From Octopus sinensis (Eukaryota): DNA of 64,000 nucleotides. Made by a program: the position numbers and the translations under genes. The stretch is taken from positions 11,656,001-11,720,000 of the forward strand of contig NC_043017.1 in assembly GCF_006345805.1 (NCBI RefSeq), read 5' to 3'. The notes under the pieces were generated by a model. The model saw only the letters and a program-made list of their open reading frames with translations, did not search any database and was not told where the DNA came from. Each line of letters begins with the position of its first letter. Position 1 is the stretch's first letter. Below are positions 25,251 to 38,670 of this stretch, one piece after another.

Positions 25251-25357
25251 GGAGACGAGTTACAAAAATGACAAAAGGATGCATGGTTAAGATTACACAC
25301 ACCCACATACTAAAAGAAGCCTATCGTATCTCTCTCTCTCTATATAAATATATATAT

Positions 25358-25582
25358 CATCATCATCATCATTTAACGTCCACTTTCCATGCTAGCATGG
25401 GTTGGACAGTTTGACCAGGGTCTGGTAAGCCATGGAGGCTGCACCAGGCTCCAGTCTGATTTGGCAGTGTTTCTACAGCTGGATGCCCTTCCTAACGCCA
25501 ACCACTCCGTGAGTGTAGTGGGTGTTTTTACGTGCCACCGGCACAGGAGCCAGAGGAGGCTGGCAAACGGCCACGATCGGTT
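25358..25582 (-). mobile_element. Repeat family D (RTE 3' UTR or related SINE) with (GAT)n tail
   Basis: Shares tggcgttaggaagggcatccagctgtagaaac with 36503-37048. Confidence 0.8.
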
Positions 25583-25689
25583 ATATATATATACATACAT
25601 ACACAAACACAATACAACAGACACATACATACTTACATACATACACACACACAGACACAGACAGCCAGACACACACACACACATATATA

Positions 25690-25831
25690 CGACCGCTCGG
25701 TTCAAAGTCTCCCTTGACCACAAGTGGCCTGAACTCGTTGCATGAACACCCTCCCTGTACATAACTCCATGTCCCCCTACATGGCCTTGCTTTTTGCTTT
25801 TTGAGCCAAAAAATTAACTAACTAACTAACT
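25690..25831 (+). mobile_element. 5'-truncated CR1-like LINE 3' end, nested in a SINE A
   Basis: Near-identical to 7065-7202; (AACT)n tail; SINE A head continues on the minus strand at ~25840-25995. Confidence 0.75.
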
Positions 25832-28085
25832 ATATGTAGACTTCTTTCAGTTTCCATTTATGAAATCCACTCACAACGCTTTGGTCAGCCTCAGGCTATA
25901 GTAGAAGACACTTACCAAAGGTGTCATGCAGTGGGACTGAACCAGAACCTTGAGGTTCGGAAGCAAACTTCTTAACACACAGCCACACCTGCACCTATAC
26001 ACACACACACACACACGTCTGATTATTGTATATTGGTGCTGTTTAACCACAGTACAGCCCAGATGCAGTAGACCTATGATCCAATCACAGCCAACACATT
26101 TTTACTTCATTTTTAGACACACTGTATCTAGGATCTCATTTCCCAAAGACATATTTTATAAGACATTAATATGTCTTATGTGAGTGGAGATTTGGTTACT
26201 ATTTCCACCAAGTTGAATGACCACATAGTAAGATGATCATTAAATTGGACAAAGACTCAAAGTTTTCAGTGGTTTACAGAGAACTAAATGAAAGGGAGTG
26301 AAACTTATATAATTTATTATTTATCATAGATTGATATTTAGTTTAACTTATTGTGTGAGCAAATACACACCCTCTTTCAATATCAACTGATACATACACC
26401 AGACATATACATAATATATGGGTGTGTGTGTGACAGTGTGTGTGTGATGTTATATACAAGAGTACCTATTACAGCTCTAAGAGTTTCTCAGAGATCAGTA
26501 ATTTTAATTGGATGAATCACCTTATGTGTTCTCTTCCCTTGATCGTTTGGTCTCGAAGATAGGCACATACACACACACACATATATACATGAACGTATGT
26601 ATATGTGTGTGTGTGTGTGTCTATGTGTGTATGTGTATAAACATTTTATATTTCTCTATGTATAATTCATATATAATATTATCCACAATCATATGTGTAT
26701 AATATATAGAAGCTATGTCTATAATTATATATATAGTGTATATATGTGTGTGTATTTGTGGTGTATATATATATATATATATAATATATATATATATGTA
26801 TGTATATATATATATATACACACATATTAGTATATATATATATATATACATACAGCATATATACATACATACACACATATATAACACCTAAAATGTGTGA
26901 AGAATAGAGCGAGTGTGTTGGCACCTATATATGTATTTGTGTACCTATGTATGTGTGCATGTATATGCGTGTGTTTGTGTGTATGTACACGTGTGTGTGT
27001 GAGTGTGTGCTATATAAATGCAACAAAGAACTGGTTATGAAGACGGGAGTTGACGATCATGATTAACGATATAATTAGATTCAATTTCAGTTTGTTATGG
27101 CTATATAAAGCATTATACACATACATACAAATATATATATATACGCATGTATGCATATATATGTATATATATAATATATATATATAATATATGTAAATGC
27201 ATGTATGTATGTATGTATATACACACATATATATTGTCGTTTAGCCGTCGGCAGAGGAGCTCTTTAGCTTTCAAGATGAAAGGGTCAGATGTATTCCTTA
27301 GCAAATGATAAATATTTATTCTCTGCCAAAAAGATTGGCACATACTGATTCTATGGTGCCATTTTCAATTAACCGTAAAGACCACGGAAAGTGGAATGTT
27401 TCAGGCAAAGGAACTAAAGTGTACTGGTCGATAGAGATTGGTTATTTTCTTATTATTCATTCATTGCCTCTCTCTGTCTCTCTCTCGCTTTCTGCCTCTC
27501 TGTACACACACGTGTATCTATCTATCCATCTATCTATATATATATATATGTGTGTATGTATACATACAAGCATATATATGTATATGCATGTGTGTGTATG
27601 GTAATACCCAGTTTATATCTCTGATTAAGGCTGTTTATATCGTTTGGTTGATAGAACAGATGAAATCTCTTTATAGAATCCAAAATGAAGTTGGAAAGTT
27701 TGTGGTTTATCTGAGCCGGTCAATAAAAAGTACCAGGTTTTCCAACACCGTAGTGGAAAGGTCAAGAGATCATATTTTACCATGGGGAAGTTAGTTCATA
27801 GTTTATTTTTGCAATAACCACCACAGGAATCAAAGACATTGTGTTGGGGACCGAGAGTCATGCAAACATATTGAGCTGTCATTTTTAGGCGGTGGGAGCA
27901 CTGTGAAACTGGTGTGTAGTTTGGGTTTCTCTAAAATGGTTGCAGTGCTGAGATGAAAAGCAATCATTGTTTTTGCTGTTGTTGTTTAGCCTTTCTAGTT
28001 AGCTCTTACTGAGTAGACGAATAATCACATGCATTCCAGCTGTGACCACCTGACTAAACCTGTTATTTTATATGTGTACTCACAC

Positions 28086-28131
<46 letters not shown>

Positions 28132-28206
28132 TATGTATATACATACATATATACATATATATATATATGTATATATATGTATGTGTATATATTATATATA
28201 TATATG

Positions 28207-28256
<50 letters not shown>

Positions 28257-29260
28257 CATACATATACATATATATATATGTATGTGTATATATATATATA
28301 AATATATATATATAATATATATATGTATATATATACACATACATATACGAAGCTTGGGTGTGGCTGTATGTATAACGATTATTAAAAATATGCTGACCAT
28401 AATGGTGCAATAAGTGTGCTTGATCATCATCATCATCATCACCCTCATCATGACCCTTCGCTTCCCCTTGTCCTTCCCCTCACCCTCCACATATCCTCCT
28501 CCTCTTCCTCTTCCCCCTCCACATCGGTCATCACCCTTATTGTCATCCCACTCCTACCACCATACTGGTTTAGTTTACTCATATCTTAAGTTTGCATACC
28601 ACCGCTCTACAACTCTCTCTCTCCCTCCGCCACACTCTCTCTCTCTCTCTCTGTCATGTCACAACTGTGACCTGACCCCGCTTTTTTCAATGATGTTCTT
28701 TTGTCACAAACACTTCACTTTCCATCAATTGTCAATCCCTTACTGTTAACCAGTCATCACTTTACAAACCCCTTTCAGTGTAACATTTTCTATTTTTTCA
28801 GCCTTCCCCAACCCAATTGCAACCATCATCCACTGTCAGTGAAATACAAGCCATGTGGTTCTTAGCCTTGCTAGAAATAATCACCAAATCTCCAACAAGC
28901 CATAATCTGGCATCTTATCAAACAGACTAACGTAGGTTTTAAGTACCACATCTATTACAAACACTCCCAAACTCCCTGAGACACAATGTCACAGATAGGT
29001 GGACTAACAAAGTCGCTCTGGGATTGGAAAAAAGATGGGATGGTCATACCTAGAGTGCATTTTATCATAGTTCTGCACTAGCAGGATATTTTTCTCGTGT
29101 CTGAGGCTTACAGAGAATAAGTCCTGGGGTTGATTTGTTTGACTAAAGGCAGTGCTCCAGCACAGCCACAGTCAAATGACTGAAACAAATAAAAGAATAA
29201 ATGGATATATATACATATATATATATACATATATACATATATATATACATACATATATAC

Positions 29261-29303
<43 letters not shown>

Positions 29304-29513
29304 CATATTAATCAATATTTTGTAGAATTTTTTGCCACCAGCGGCCTAGTGGGAAAAAATTAAATAGTCATAGACCATTTTTAAGTTCAACATCACAATC
29401 AAGGAACGGCCATAATAGGCCATTCACCCACTAGAAATAACAGCCAAAGCTTCAACCGCAAAATAACATTAATTCCGTAAACCAGGAGAAAATTAAAAAA
29501 CATTTACCCTGTA

Positions 29514-29620
29514 ATTTCTTATACGATGCACCGTTTCATCTACTGTTTAATGGTAAACTAACCTGATTAAATTAAATCAAGCCAATCTTCCATAGGCCCT
29601 TAGATTCGTCAGTAAGAAAT
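29514..29620 (-). ncRNA. Type I hammerhead ribozyme motif (left arm)
   Basis: Minus strand: atttctta CTGACGA atcta...tagat GAAA cggtgcatcg TA taagaaat. Confidence 0.85.
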
Positions 29621-29940
29621 AGCCAGATCGGAACAGATATTTTCACGAGGCATTCTGTCCCTGCCTCGGCAATATCTGACCTAAAATTTTCAAATCATCG
29701 CACTCGCGCCAAATTTATCGGCAGCAAATAAATATAAGCGCGCCATAAATTAACCAGAAAATCATAATTAATCAATATATTGATTAATTATTTTCTGGTT
29801 AATTCCGTAATGGAATCGGCGGCTTATATTTATTTGCTGCGATAAATTTGGCGCGAGTGCGATGATTTGAAAATTTTAGGTCAGATATTGCCGAGGCAGG
29901 GACAGAAATGCCTCGTGAAAATATCTGTTCCGATCTGGCT

Positions 29941-30048
29941 ATTTCTTACTGACGAATCTAAGGGCCTATGGAAGATTGCTTGATTTAATTTAATCAGGTT
30001 AGTTACCATTAAACAGTAGTAGATGAAACGGTGCATCGTATAAGAAAT
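29941..30048 (+). ncRNA. Type I hammerhead ribozyme motif (right arm)
   Basis: atttctta CTGACGA atcta [~59-nt loop] tagat GAAA cggtgcatcg TA taagaaat; 8-bp stem I; predicted cleavage 3' of GUA at 30040. Confidence 0.85.
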
Positions 30049-30315
30049 TACAGGGTAAATTTTTTAATTTTCTCCTTTTACGGAATTAATGTTATTTTGC
30101 GTTTGAAGCTTTGGCTGTTATTTCTAGTGGGTGAATGGCCATTATTGCCGTTCCTTGATTGTGATGATATACATACATATTATATATATACATACATATT
30201 ATATATAAATATATATAATATATATTATATTATACATATATACTATTATATTATTATATTATATTATATATATTATATATATACATATAATATATATATA
30301 TATATATAATATGAT

Positions 30316-30362
<47 letters not shown>

Positions 30363-30674
30363 ACACACACATATATATTATACATATATATTATATATTA
30401 CATATATATTATATTATATACTTACATATATTTTATACATATACATATAATATAATATATATATACATATACACACACACACATATATATACACATATAT
30501 ATATATATATACATTTACATTTTGGGACCTCAATCATTCATACACAGAAAACAAGCAACCTGAGAGCCCTAAAGGCTAATAAGTAAATAAAGAGGAATAT
30601 ATAATAGATAAACGAATAAAGATTTCTTTATTGCTTTCTCATTGGTAATGCAATAAATTGCACTTGATATCTTA

Positions 30675-30755
30675 GGCTCTGATGAAGCTCTAAGGTATTG
30701 CTGAGGCACTCAACTATGAGTCTACTGCATCTTAGAGCAGAAACAGCTATAAGCT
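30675..30755 (+). ncRNA. Type I hammerhead motif with extended stem II
   Basis: ggct CTGATGA a gctctaag...actcaactatgagt...cttagagc a GAAA cagcta TA agct. Confidence 0.75.
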
Positions 30756-31389
30756 AATGAAGTTCATAAGATAATCATTTATTCCTTTGTCATCTCATTT
30801 TCTTATATTCATATTTAAATATATATGTGTATATATATATATGTGTGTGTGTGTGCACATAATGATTTGATAGACAGTGCCTTTGTGTGTGTGTGTGTTC
30901 CAAATAGCTTTTTTGAAGATAAGGATGAGAGATGATAATCATGATGTTGATGAAGATGATGATGATGATTATGGTGATGATGATGACAATTATCATTAGA
31001 ACTTTGGTTCTACCATAGAAGAATCAATATTTTCTTTCTTTCAATCTTTTTACTTTTATTTTCTTTTTTTCTTCCTATATTTTTGATATTTGCATATTTT
31101 ATATGTTTGATATCCCAATTTGATAGCGAAACTATATCTGATATCGGAGACCGTTTCATTTGCAGACTCGTGAATAAATCCATGACAATTAAGTCTAAAT
31201 GCACTTTATTTGTCTTTGGACTTCCATATATAAAAATAGTCAGGAATTGGTCAGGCTTTGGTTGGCTTTTTGTTTCTTTTAGTTTTCTTTTCGTTTTTGC
31301 AATATTTCTTTGTTGTTCTTTTTTGTTTAGAAAGACTTCTTGATATGTCTGATAGCGATTCCTGGACAATATCCAAGGTCTATTAAGAT

Positions 31390-31423
<34 letters not shown>

Positions 31424-31437
31424 TGACACATCTTTCT

Positions 31438-31520
<83 letters not shown>

Positions 31521-32584
31521 ATGTATGCATATACATGTTTGTCTGCATATGTGTGTATACATAAGTGTGTATAATTATACCTATCCATCTATCTATCTAA
31601 CTGTCTATCTATCTATCTATATATATATATATATACACACACACATATATATATACACACACACACATTGACATTTATATATGTATATTTCTCTATACAT
31701 ACATCATACATAGATACATGCATACATCATACATACATACATACATACATATACTGTCCCTCTAAAACATCCTAGATGTGAATGGTCTCATAGTAGAAGA
31801 CAAAGTCCTTACCTTTCCTCCTTTGGGGTTGATAAATTAAAATCCTAAATAATAATAATAATAATTCTTTCTAGTTTTAGCACAAAGTCAGTAATTTTGA
31901 GGGAAGAGGGCAAATTGGTTATGTTAATTCCAATACTTGATTGCTACTTTTTATTCACCTCAGCAGAATTTGATCTCAGAATTTAGAGTACTACCAAACA
32001 TTTTGTTTGATGTGTTAATAATACTGCCAGCTCACCACCAATGATGGTGGTGGTGGTGGTGTGGTGGCAATGATTGTTGCTAATTTAGGCACAAGGACAA
32101 CAATTTTCAGAAGAGTTTATGTTAACATCATTAACTCCATTACTTCACTGGTAAACTATTTACTCAGTCCCACGAGAATGACAGGTGAAGTTGACCTCAG
32201 TTGGATTAGAACTCCCATGACCTCAGTTGGATTAGAACTCCCATGAACTCAGAAATTTTGTGGGAAGTGAGGTTGGGGTGGGAAGTAATCAACACCATCC
32301 GCCTCAGTATTTCATTGATTCTTATTTAATCAGGTCCTGAAGGGAAGTAGAGCAAAGTTGGCCTCAGAGGTACAACATCACAAAATACTCTGGAATAATT
32401 TGTCTGTCACAAATTTACAGGAGATGATCTTCTATTATAATTTTATTCCCATTTAGGATTTTAATTCTTTTTGTTGCTGTTTTGTTTTACACAAACTGTT
32501 GCAGGTTTGATCCAACAAGTTGGACCTTTTACCTAAGGTTGTTATTTATTATTAGCAATGATATAAGTGTTTTCAGATTGATGG

Positions 32585-32824
32585 TGTAGGATGTCAAGAA
32601 AACCCATGAGAACAATTTTTTGTAGATCTGATGTTTTCGGGTTTTCTCGCATTTGGCCATATTACTTAAGAGTGCCATTTGATATTATTCGCAAAGTGCC
32701 GATGGTCACAAGTGCTGTTACTGTACTGAGATGCCATATATTTTGAGACCTCAACTTCAAAGTTTTTAAATTTACTTAAATTTTCAGATGTGTTTACAGA
32801 AGTGTTGTAGTCTGCCTGGATTGA

Positions 32825-32827
<3 letters not shown>
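32585..32827 (-). pseudogene. C-terminal restriction-like endonuclease fragment of an RLE-type non-LTR retrotransposon
   Basis: MSIQADYNTSVNTSENLSKFKNFEVEVSK / IWHLSTVTALVTIGTLRII...DLQKIVLMGFLDIL resembles the K-Y-x-D-L...W...PVVIGALG...QKxxLLGT pattern. Confidence 0.65.
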
Positions 32828-32860
<33 letters not shown>

Positions 32861-32870
32861 GATTGAGCGA

Positions 32871-33287
32871 GGCGCAGGAGTGGCTGTGTGGTAAGTAGCT
32901 TGCTAACCAACCACATGGTTCCGGGTTCAGTCCCACTGCGTGGCATCTTAGGCAAGTGTCTTCTGCTATAGCCCCGGGCCGACCAATGCCTTGTGAGTGG
33001 ATTTGGTAGACGGAAACTGAAAGAAGCCTGTCGTATATATGTATATATATATAAGTGTGTGTGTATATGTTTGTGTGTCTGTGTTTGTCCCCCTAGCATT
33101 GCTTGACAACCGATGCTGGTGTGTTTACGTCCCCGTCACTTAGTGGTTCGGCAAAAGAGACCGATAGTAGAATAAGACTGGGCTTACAAAGAATAAGTCC
33201 CGGGGTCGATTTGCTCGACTAAAGGCGGTGCTCCAGCATGGCCGCAGTCAAATGACTGAAACAAGTAAAAGAGTAAAGAGTAAAGAG
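32871..33287 (+). mobile_element. SINE family A, full length
   Basis: tRNA-like head ggcgcaggagtggctgtgtggtaag...ggttcagtcc, internal (TA)/(TG) tract and gtaaaaga tail. Confidence 0.9.
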
Positions 33288-33735
33288 AGAGAGAGAGTAG
33301 TGCATGCCATCAAAGTGACACTGGAGTACACTTATACAAAGCCCAATATACTTGTCATGACTACCCGTCTGATGAGGGTGCACCAGGCACGTGCATCACA
33401 ACCACATGTGCACGATGACAAGCAAAATGACTTGAATATTTATTTGCAGGGTAAAACAAAATCAGAGTTTCAGCAAAAGCTATCTTTTTTGAAAGATCTT
33501 CAAAATGCAATTTCAGATGCACAATCTCTCCAGTCAGCTAAGGTCATTCACGAACATGAAAATTCCTATGAATCCACTGATGAATATGCAGGCATTCTGG
33601 ATTTATTAATTGAAGAGTGCAATGAAAGGTTCACTGACTTTGAGAAACATGATATTTGATTCAAACTAGCATTTCAGCTGCATCCTAAAGCGTTGCAGAT
33701 GAAGTTAATTGAGCTCTCAGAAGATGATATTTTAA

Positions 33736-33955
33736 CCCTTTAGCATTCAGATTATCCTGTAAAATGTAAAGCTTATATATTCACACCATGTAAAATTAAT
33801 CTTGCATAATTTCATGGCTTTGAGATTTCAATGATGTGATTCTTTATTTTTAAAATGACACAATAAGGTAGCTATGAATGACCATATCTGACTAGTTTGA
33901 ACATAAAATAGGTAGAATATTTTGGCCGGGTATGGCCGGTCTAAACACTAAAGGG
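33736..33955. mobile_element. piggyBac-like MITE (TTAA target)
   Basis: ttaa|ccctttagcatt...acactaaaggg|ttaa. Confidence 0.8.
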
Positions 33956-33972
33956 TTAAAGTCATTATTAAA

Positions 33973-34179
33973 CCCTTTCATATTATTCTGTCAAATGTAA
34001 TGTTTATATTGTTTTGAATTAATCATTTATTTATTTTGTAGTTTGGTGATTTTGATGATGTGAATGTTTAGCTTTAGAATGACGTTATAGGGTAAGTGTG
34101 AGAGGCTGGATCTGGCCAGTCTTAATATAAAGCAGGTAAAATATTTTGGCTTGATGTGGCCAGTTTGATTGCTAAAGGG
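33973..34179. mobile_element. piggyBac-like MITE, second copy
   Basis: cccttt...gctaaaggg|ttaa; same family as 33736. Confidence 0.75.
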
Positions 34180-34487
34180 TTAACAAGTAAGAAAAAGGAT
34201 CCAGTTGAAGTATGGAAAAATGCAATAGAATACCCACGACATGGTCAACAAGCATGAAAAAATTTTTACCTGCTTCTCTATAACATATTGCTGCCAATTT
34301 ACATTTTCATACTTAAACAAAATCTAGACTCTCTTAAGGTCACAAACTACGGACCCCTATTTAAAAGATCGGCTTAAACTGCAAACTTCGATGCTACAAC
34401 CAGACTTTGAAATGCTTTCAAACAAAAAACAGCAACATCTTAGTCATTGAAAGGTGAGTTATGTTTAGAATTAAATATTTTTTTTTT

Positions 34488-34683
34488 GTTACTTGTTTCA
34501 GTCATTTGACTGCGGCCATGCTGGAGCACCGCCTTTAGTCGAGCAACTCGACCCCGGGACTTATTCTTTTGTAAGCCCAGTACTTATTCTATCGGTCTCT
34601 TTTGCCGAACCGCTAAGTGACGGGGACGTAAACACACCAGCATCGGTTGTCAAGCAATGCTAGGGGGACAAACACAGACACAA
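34488..34683 (-). mobile_element. SINE family A, 3' half
   Basis: Reverse complement of the family A tail. Confidence 0.9.
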
Positions 34684-35291
34684 ATATTTAAAAAAATATT
34701 TTCAAATTAGTCATTACTTTAGTCATTGTAATTTGTTTCAAAATATTATGGATTTTAAAAATAATAACGACATCTTTTGTTGCGGCCTTTTTAGGTTACG
34801 ATTAAACGTAATGCCGTCGCCTGACTTGAAAAGATTCCTCACCTCTGGTTTAATGCAAAAACGTAACATTCAAGGGAATTAAATCTGTAAATCGTTTTGC
34901 AGAGTTGTTTCCCCTAACTCAGGCCTGATTGACGTTTTCTGTTGGTAATGTATTGTATTGTATTGATGGTGATACATAATGCAACGGCGAGAGGGGTGAG
35001 GATAGGGGTAGTGGTGGTGTCGTGGTGGAGTTTGGGTGGTAGCAATGGTAGTGGTGGTTTTGGCACTGTTTGCTGCTTTGGTGAGTCGGTGGTATTGGTG
35101 ACAGCCCTGTCAGTGGCGGTGAATGAAGTTTTCTGGATTTCAGCTTTCATTAGATATGGAAAATCTATGTATTATATTAAATATTTTCACTTTCTCTTTC
35201 TTCATTGGACAATTTTGTTTTGGTACCAGAACATATCTACATATATTCCTCCATTTCTGAATAGAAAACACCAGAGTAGGGGGTCAGGTAA

Positions 35292-35652
35292 TCTCTATAT
35301 ATAAAGCTGAAGTTGTCTGTGTATGGCAGGTTTGGTAGCCTTCAACTAACACTATCTCCTCTGAGACCCTGTGGCGCAAGTTGACCAAAATTGAGAGTAT
35401 GATAGAAGAAGGCTTGCTCTTTCTTCCGTAGAAGAAAAATTTCAAATCGGACCATGTTAACACCAAAAATTATTTACATAAAAAAGGTGCTTTTTCTATG
35501 AAAAATCCCTATTTTTTACGATTTTTTGACTGCTGTGTCAAATGTTCAATTAAAGAGAATAACAAGCTATATAATGCAAAATTTTTACTTTTCAAAAATT
35601 CCAATTCTAAAGGGTCGAAACAAACCCGAGCAACGCTGGGTGATACTGCTAG
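35292..35652 (+). mobile_element. Non-autonomous Helitron
   Basis: A|TC start, hairpin acccgagcaacgctgggt, ends CTAG|T. Confidence 0.8.
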
Positions 35653-36183
35653 TATTTGATATTCAAAGATATCCAATCTCACAGTTGCTTTGATATCACA
35701 ATCAAAACAACGAAATGTAAAGAAAATTAGTTCACATATAATGGAGCATGGGAATTAATTCAGTTCCAATTAAGAATATTTTCTAATCTAGGATCTTAAT
35801 CAGTTTTGGAGTTAGAACTTTCTAAAGAAATTATATGACTCTGACAAATGAAAGATCATGTTTTCAACCTAATTGGATCTCATCAGCTTTTTTTGATCAA
35901 TTGGATGTAATTGGTAATTAACCACTGGCCAACTCTGATTGATTAATTAGGCCTTTAAGAAATGATCAGTCTGTCTCTCCCTCTTTTTTTTTCCAGATTC
36001 AGTGTATTTAAGACTATTTTATCCCAAGCGTCCTTCTTATTTTTGATATGGTAAGGTGTGAAATGAGGGTCATTTTGTTGCTATTTCATCTAGATCAAGT
36101 GATTCTACTGATGTTCCTTCATTTGCTTGAGTGTGTGTATGTATGTGTGTGCATTTATAATTGTGTGTGTGTGTGTGTGTGAA

Positions 36184-36430
36184 GGCACATAGCTCAATGG
36201 TTAGGATATTCAGCTCATAATCATACAGTCATTTGTTTGATTTCCAGGGGTTCATTGTGTCCTTGAGCAAGACTCTTTATTTCTCATTGCTGTGTTATGC
36301 TGAATCTCCCTGAGAAAACTATGTTAAGAGTTATGGCATGTGGAGTACTCAACCACTTACACGTTAATCTCAGGAGCAGGCTGTTCTGTTGATTGAATCA
36401 AGTGGAACATTTCTTATAACCAATATAGTA
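36184..36430 (+). mobile_element. SINE family C, diverged
   Basis: gtgtccttgagcaagactctttatttc plus family C body. Confidence 0.7.
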
Positions 36431-36502
36431 CTAGTTTTATATATATATACACAACTAGCAATAACATATATTAACTACCTATACTTTATATAATATACAT
36501 AG

Positions 36503-37048
36503 ATTGTGAAGCATGATCTTCGAACATTGGGCCTCACAGAGGCAACGGCAAAAGACCGAGACCTCTGGAGATATACTGTGACTGAGAAGACCCGGCAAAT
36601 AAAGTGAGTTCACAGCTGTAACCTACACCAGTGTCACATAACCAGCCCGCTCAAAAGTTCCTTGGATCATAGAGCGACATGCCATGCTTGGGGAGACCTA
36701 TTGAGTCAAGTACATCAGAATCAAAATGGAACTCAAATAGAAAATGTAGTTGTGATCCCCATGCCGGTGGCACATAAAAAGCACCATCTGAACATGGCCA
36801 ATGCCACTTTGACTGGCTTCCGTGCTGATGGTCGATGCCAGCCACCTCTGGCCCCTGTGCCGGTGGCACGTAAAAACGCACCCACTATACTTTCGGAGTG
36901 CTTGGCATTAGGAAGGGCATCCAGCTGTAGAAACACTGCCAGATCAGACTGGAGCCTGGTGCAGCCTCCTGGTTTCCCAGACATCAGTCGAACAGTTCAA
37001 CCCATGCCAGCATGGAAAATGGACGTTAAACGATGATGATGATGATGA
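36503..37048 (+). mobile_element. RTE-like LINE 3' end (ORF terminus, 3' UTR and (GAT)n tail); parent of family D
   Basis: IVKHDLRTLGLTEATAKDRDLWRYTVTEKTRQIK* followed by the family D sequence. Confidence 0.75.
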
Positions 37049-37299
37049 TATATATAAATATAACGTGTGTGTGTGTGTGTGTATAGGTACATTATATAGA
37101 AAATATGTAGCATATTTTTATACCTAGTTGTTGTTTCACTCCATGTTAACTTTTATAATTAAGCACACTTACAATTGAGGCAATCCAAACATGACCATCA
37201 AAAGATATAATCTTAAGACATGAAACACAATATTTAAAACCAGCCATCTTTATTGATAGAGGTTGCAGCAGATAACTAACAAAACATACTGAAACAGTT

Positions 37300-37461
37300 T
37301 ACTATTATTATTATTATTATCAGTATTATTACAATTTTTATTGTTATTACAAATATTATTATTATTATTATCATCATCATCATCACGGCTATTATTATTA
37401 TTTTTATTATGATTACTATTATCGTTAGTAACAATAATAATAATAATAATAATAATAATAT

Positions 37462-37504
<43 letters not shown>

Positions 37505-37539
37505 GCCGTGATGATGATGATGATAATAATAATAATAAT

Positions 37540-37592
<53 letters not shown>

Positions 37593-37612
37593 CGATAATA
37601 TCATTATTAATA
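37300..37612. repeat. (TTA)n/(TAA)n microsatellites
   Basis: Seen directly. Confidence 0.95.
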
Positions 37613-38115
37613 GTTTTTTTTTTTTTTTCCCTCCTTTGCCATTCTAAATTATTCTAGTTTATTGAAGATCAAACAATATTAGTTATATTCCATCATTAAT
37701 GACTCTAGTATGTCTGAGGACATAACTCAAAGGAGAAAGAAAGTTCCAAAGAAGCCACCACCATTTACTGTACAAGATTAACACAACACAAGTCTTTAAT
37801 AAGATTTCACAGGAACATTAGGTTATTTTTGTGTGGTTATGTGTTTTATTTTATTTTGTTTTGTTTTGTATTGCTTCGTGTATTTTCTTGTTCTTTTTTT
37901 TTTCTTTTTTGCCTGTTTTTCTTCTCTCCTCTTTAATATAAAATAAACAATGGTCGTTGTGGTTGTATGTTTACTCAAGATTCAGATTTGAAAAAGGAGA
38001 GCGTTGTTATCATTGAAATAATTTTTAAATTATGTAATTTGGAAATTGAGTAACAAAACATACATATACATACATACATACATAAACACAAACATACAAA
38101 CACACATATATGCAC

Positions 38116-38177
<62 letters not shown>

Positions 38178-38299
38178 AATAACACATACGAACATATATA
38201 TGTATGTGTAGTATATATATATGTATACATATATCTGTACATATATATATGTGTGTGTGTGTGTGTATATATATATGTGTGTGTGTGTGTATATATATT

Positions 38300-38339
<40 letters not shown>

Positions 38340-38378
38340 CACACACATATATGTATATATATACATATATATATATAT

Positions 38379-38419
<41 letters not shown>

Positions 38420-38670
38420 TGGAATGTAATAGATTTGAATTATCAGAAGAACTAAAAGAGAAACGGTGCTTTCTTTAATTCACCTTATAGAATTTCATTC
38501 AGTTGATTTCTTTAGGAATGAGTGAGACATGGGAGAGGGGGAATTATGTTTGTCACAGAAGAGGAATTGGAACTTTTAAATGACTGAATTAACCTCAGTG
38601 CATTATAAGTGAAGTAATAGCTGTGTGGTTAAGCAGCTTGTTTCGTAACCAAGCGGTTCTGAGTTCGATC

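Larger units (their letters stand above)
29391..30166. mobile_element. 776-bp spacerless palindrome carrying two opposed hammerheads (Penelope-like pLTR or retrozyme type)
   Basis: Arms are reverse complements with small indels; centre aatcaata|tattgatt at 29777/29778; TA-rich microsatellite on both sides. Confidence 0.9.
33415..34450 (+). pseudogene. Decayed hAT transposase C-terminus (Buster/SPIN/GTF2IRD2-like), split by two MITEs
   Basis: NDLNIYLQGK, EECNERFTDFE, LQMKLIEL, WKNAIEYP, STYCC-like SITYCCQFTFS and QPDFEMLSNKKQQHLSH*. Confidence 0.8.

Noticed and set aside
37685-37780. Short frame ...MSEDITQRRKKVPKKPPPFTVQD*
   Set aside because: Too short, weak acceptor, no recognised homology.
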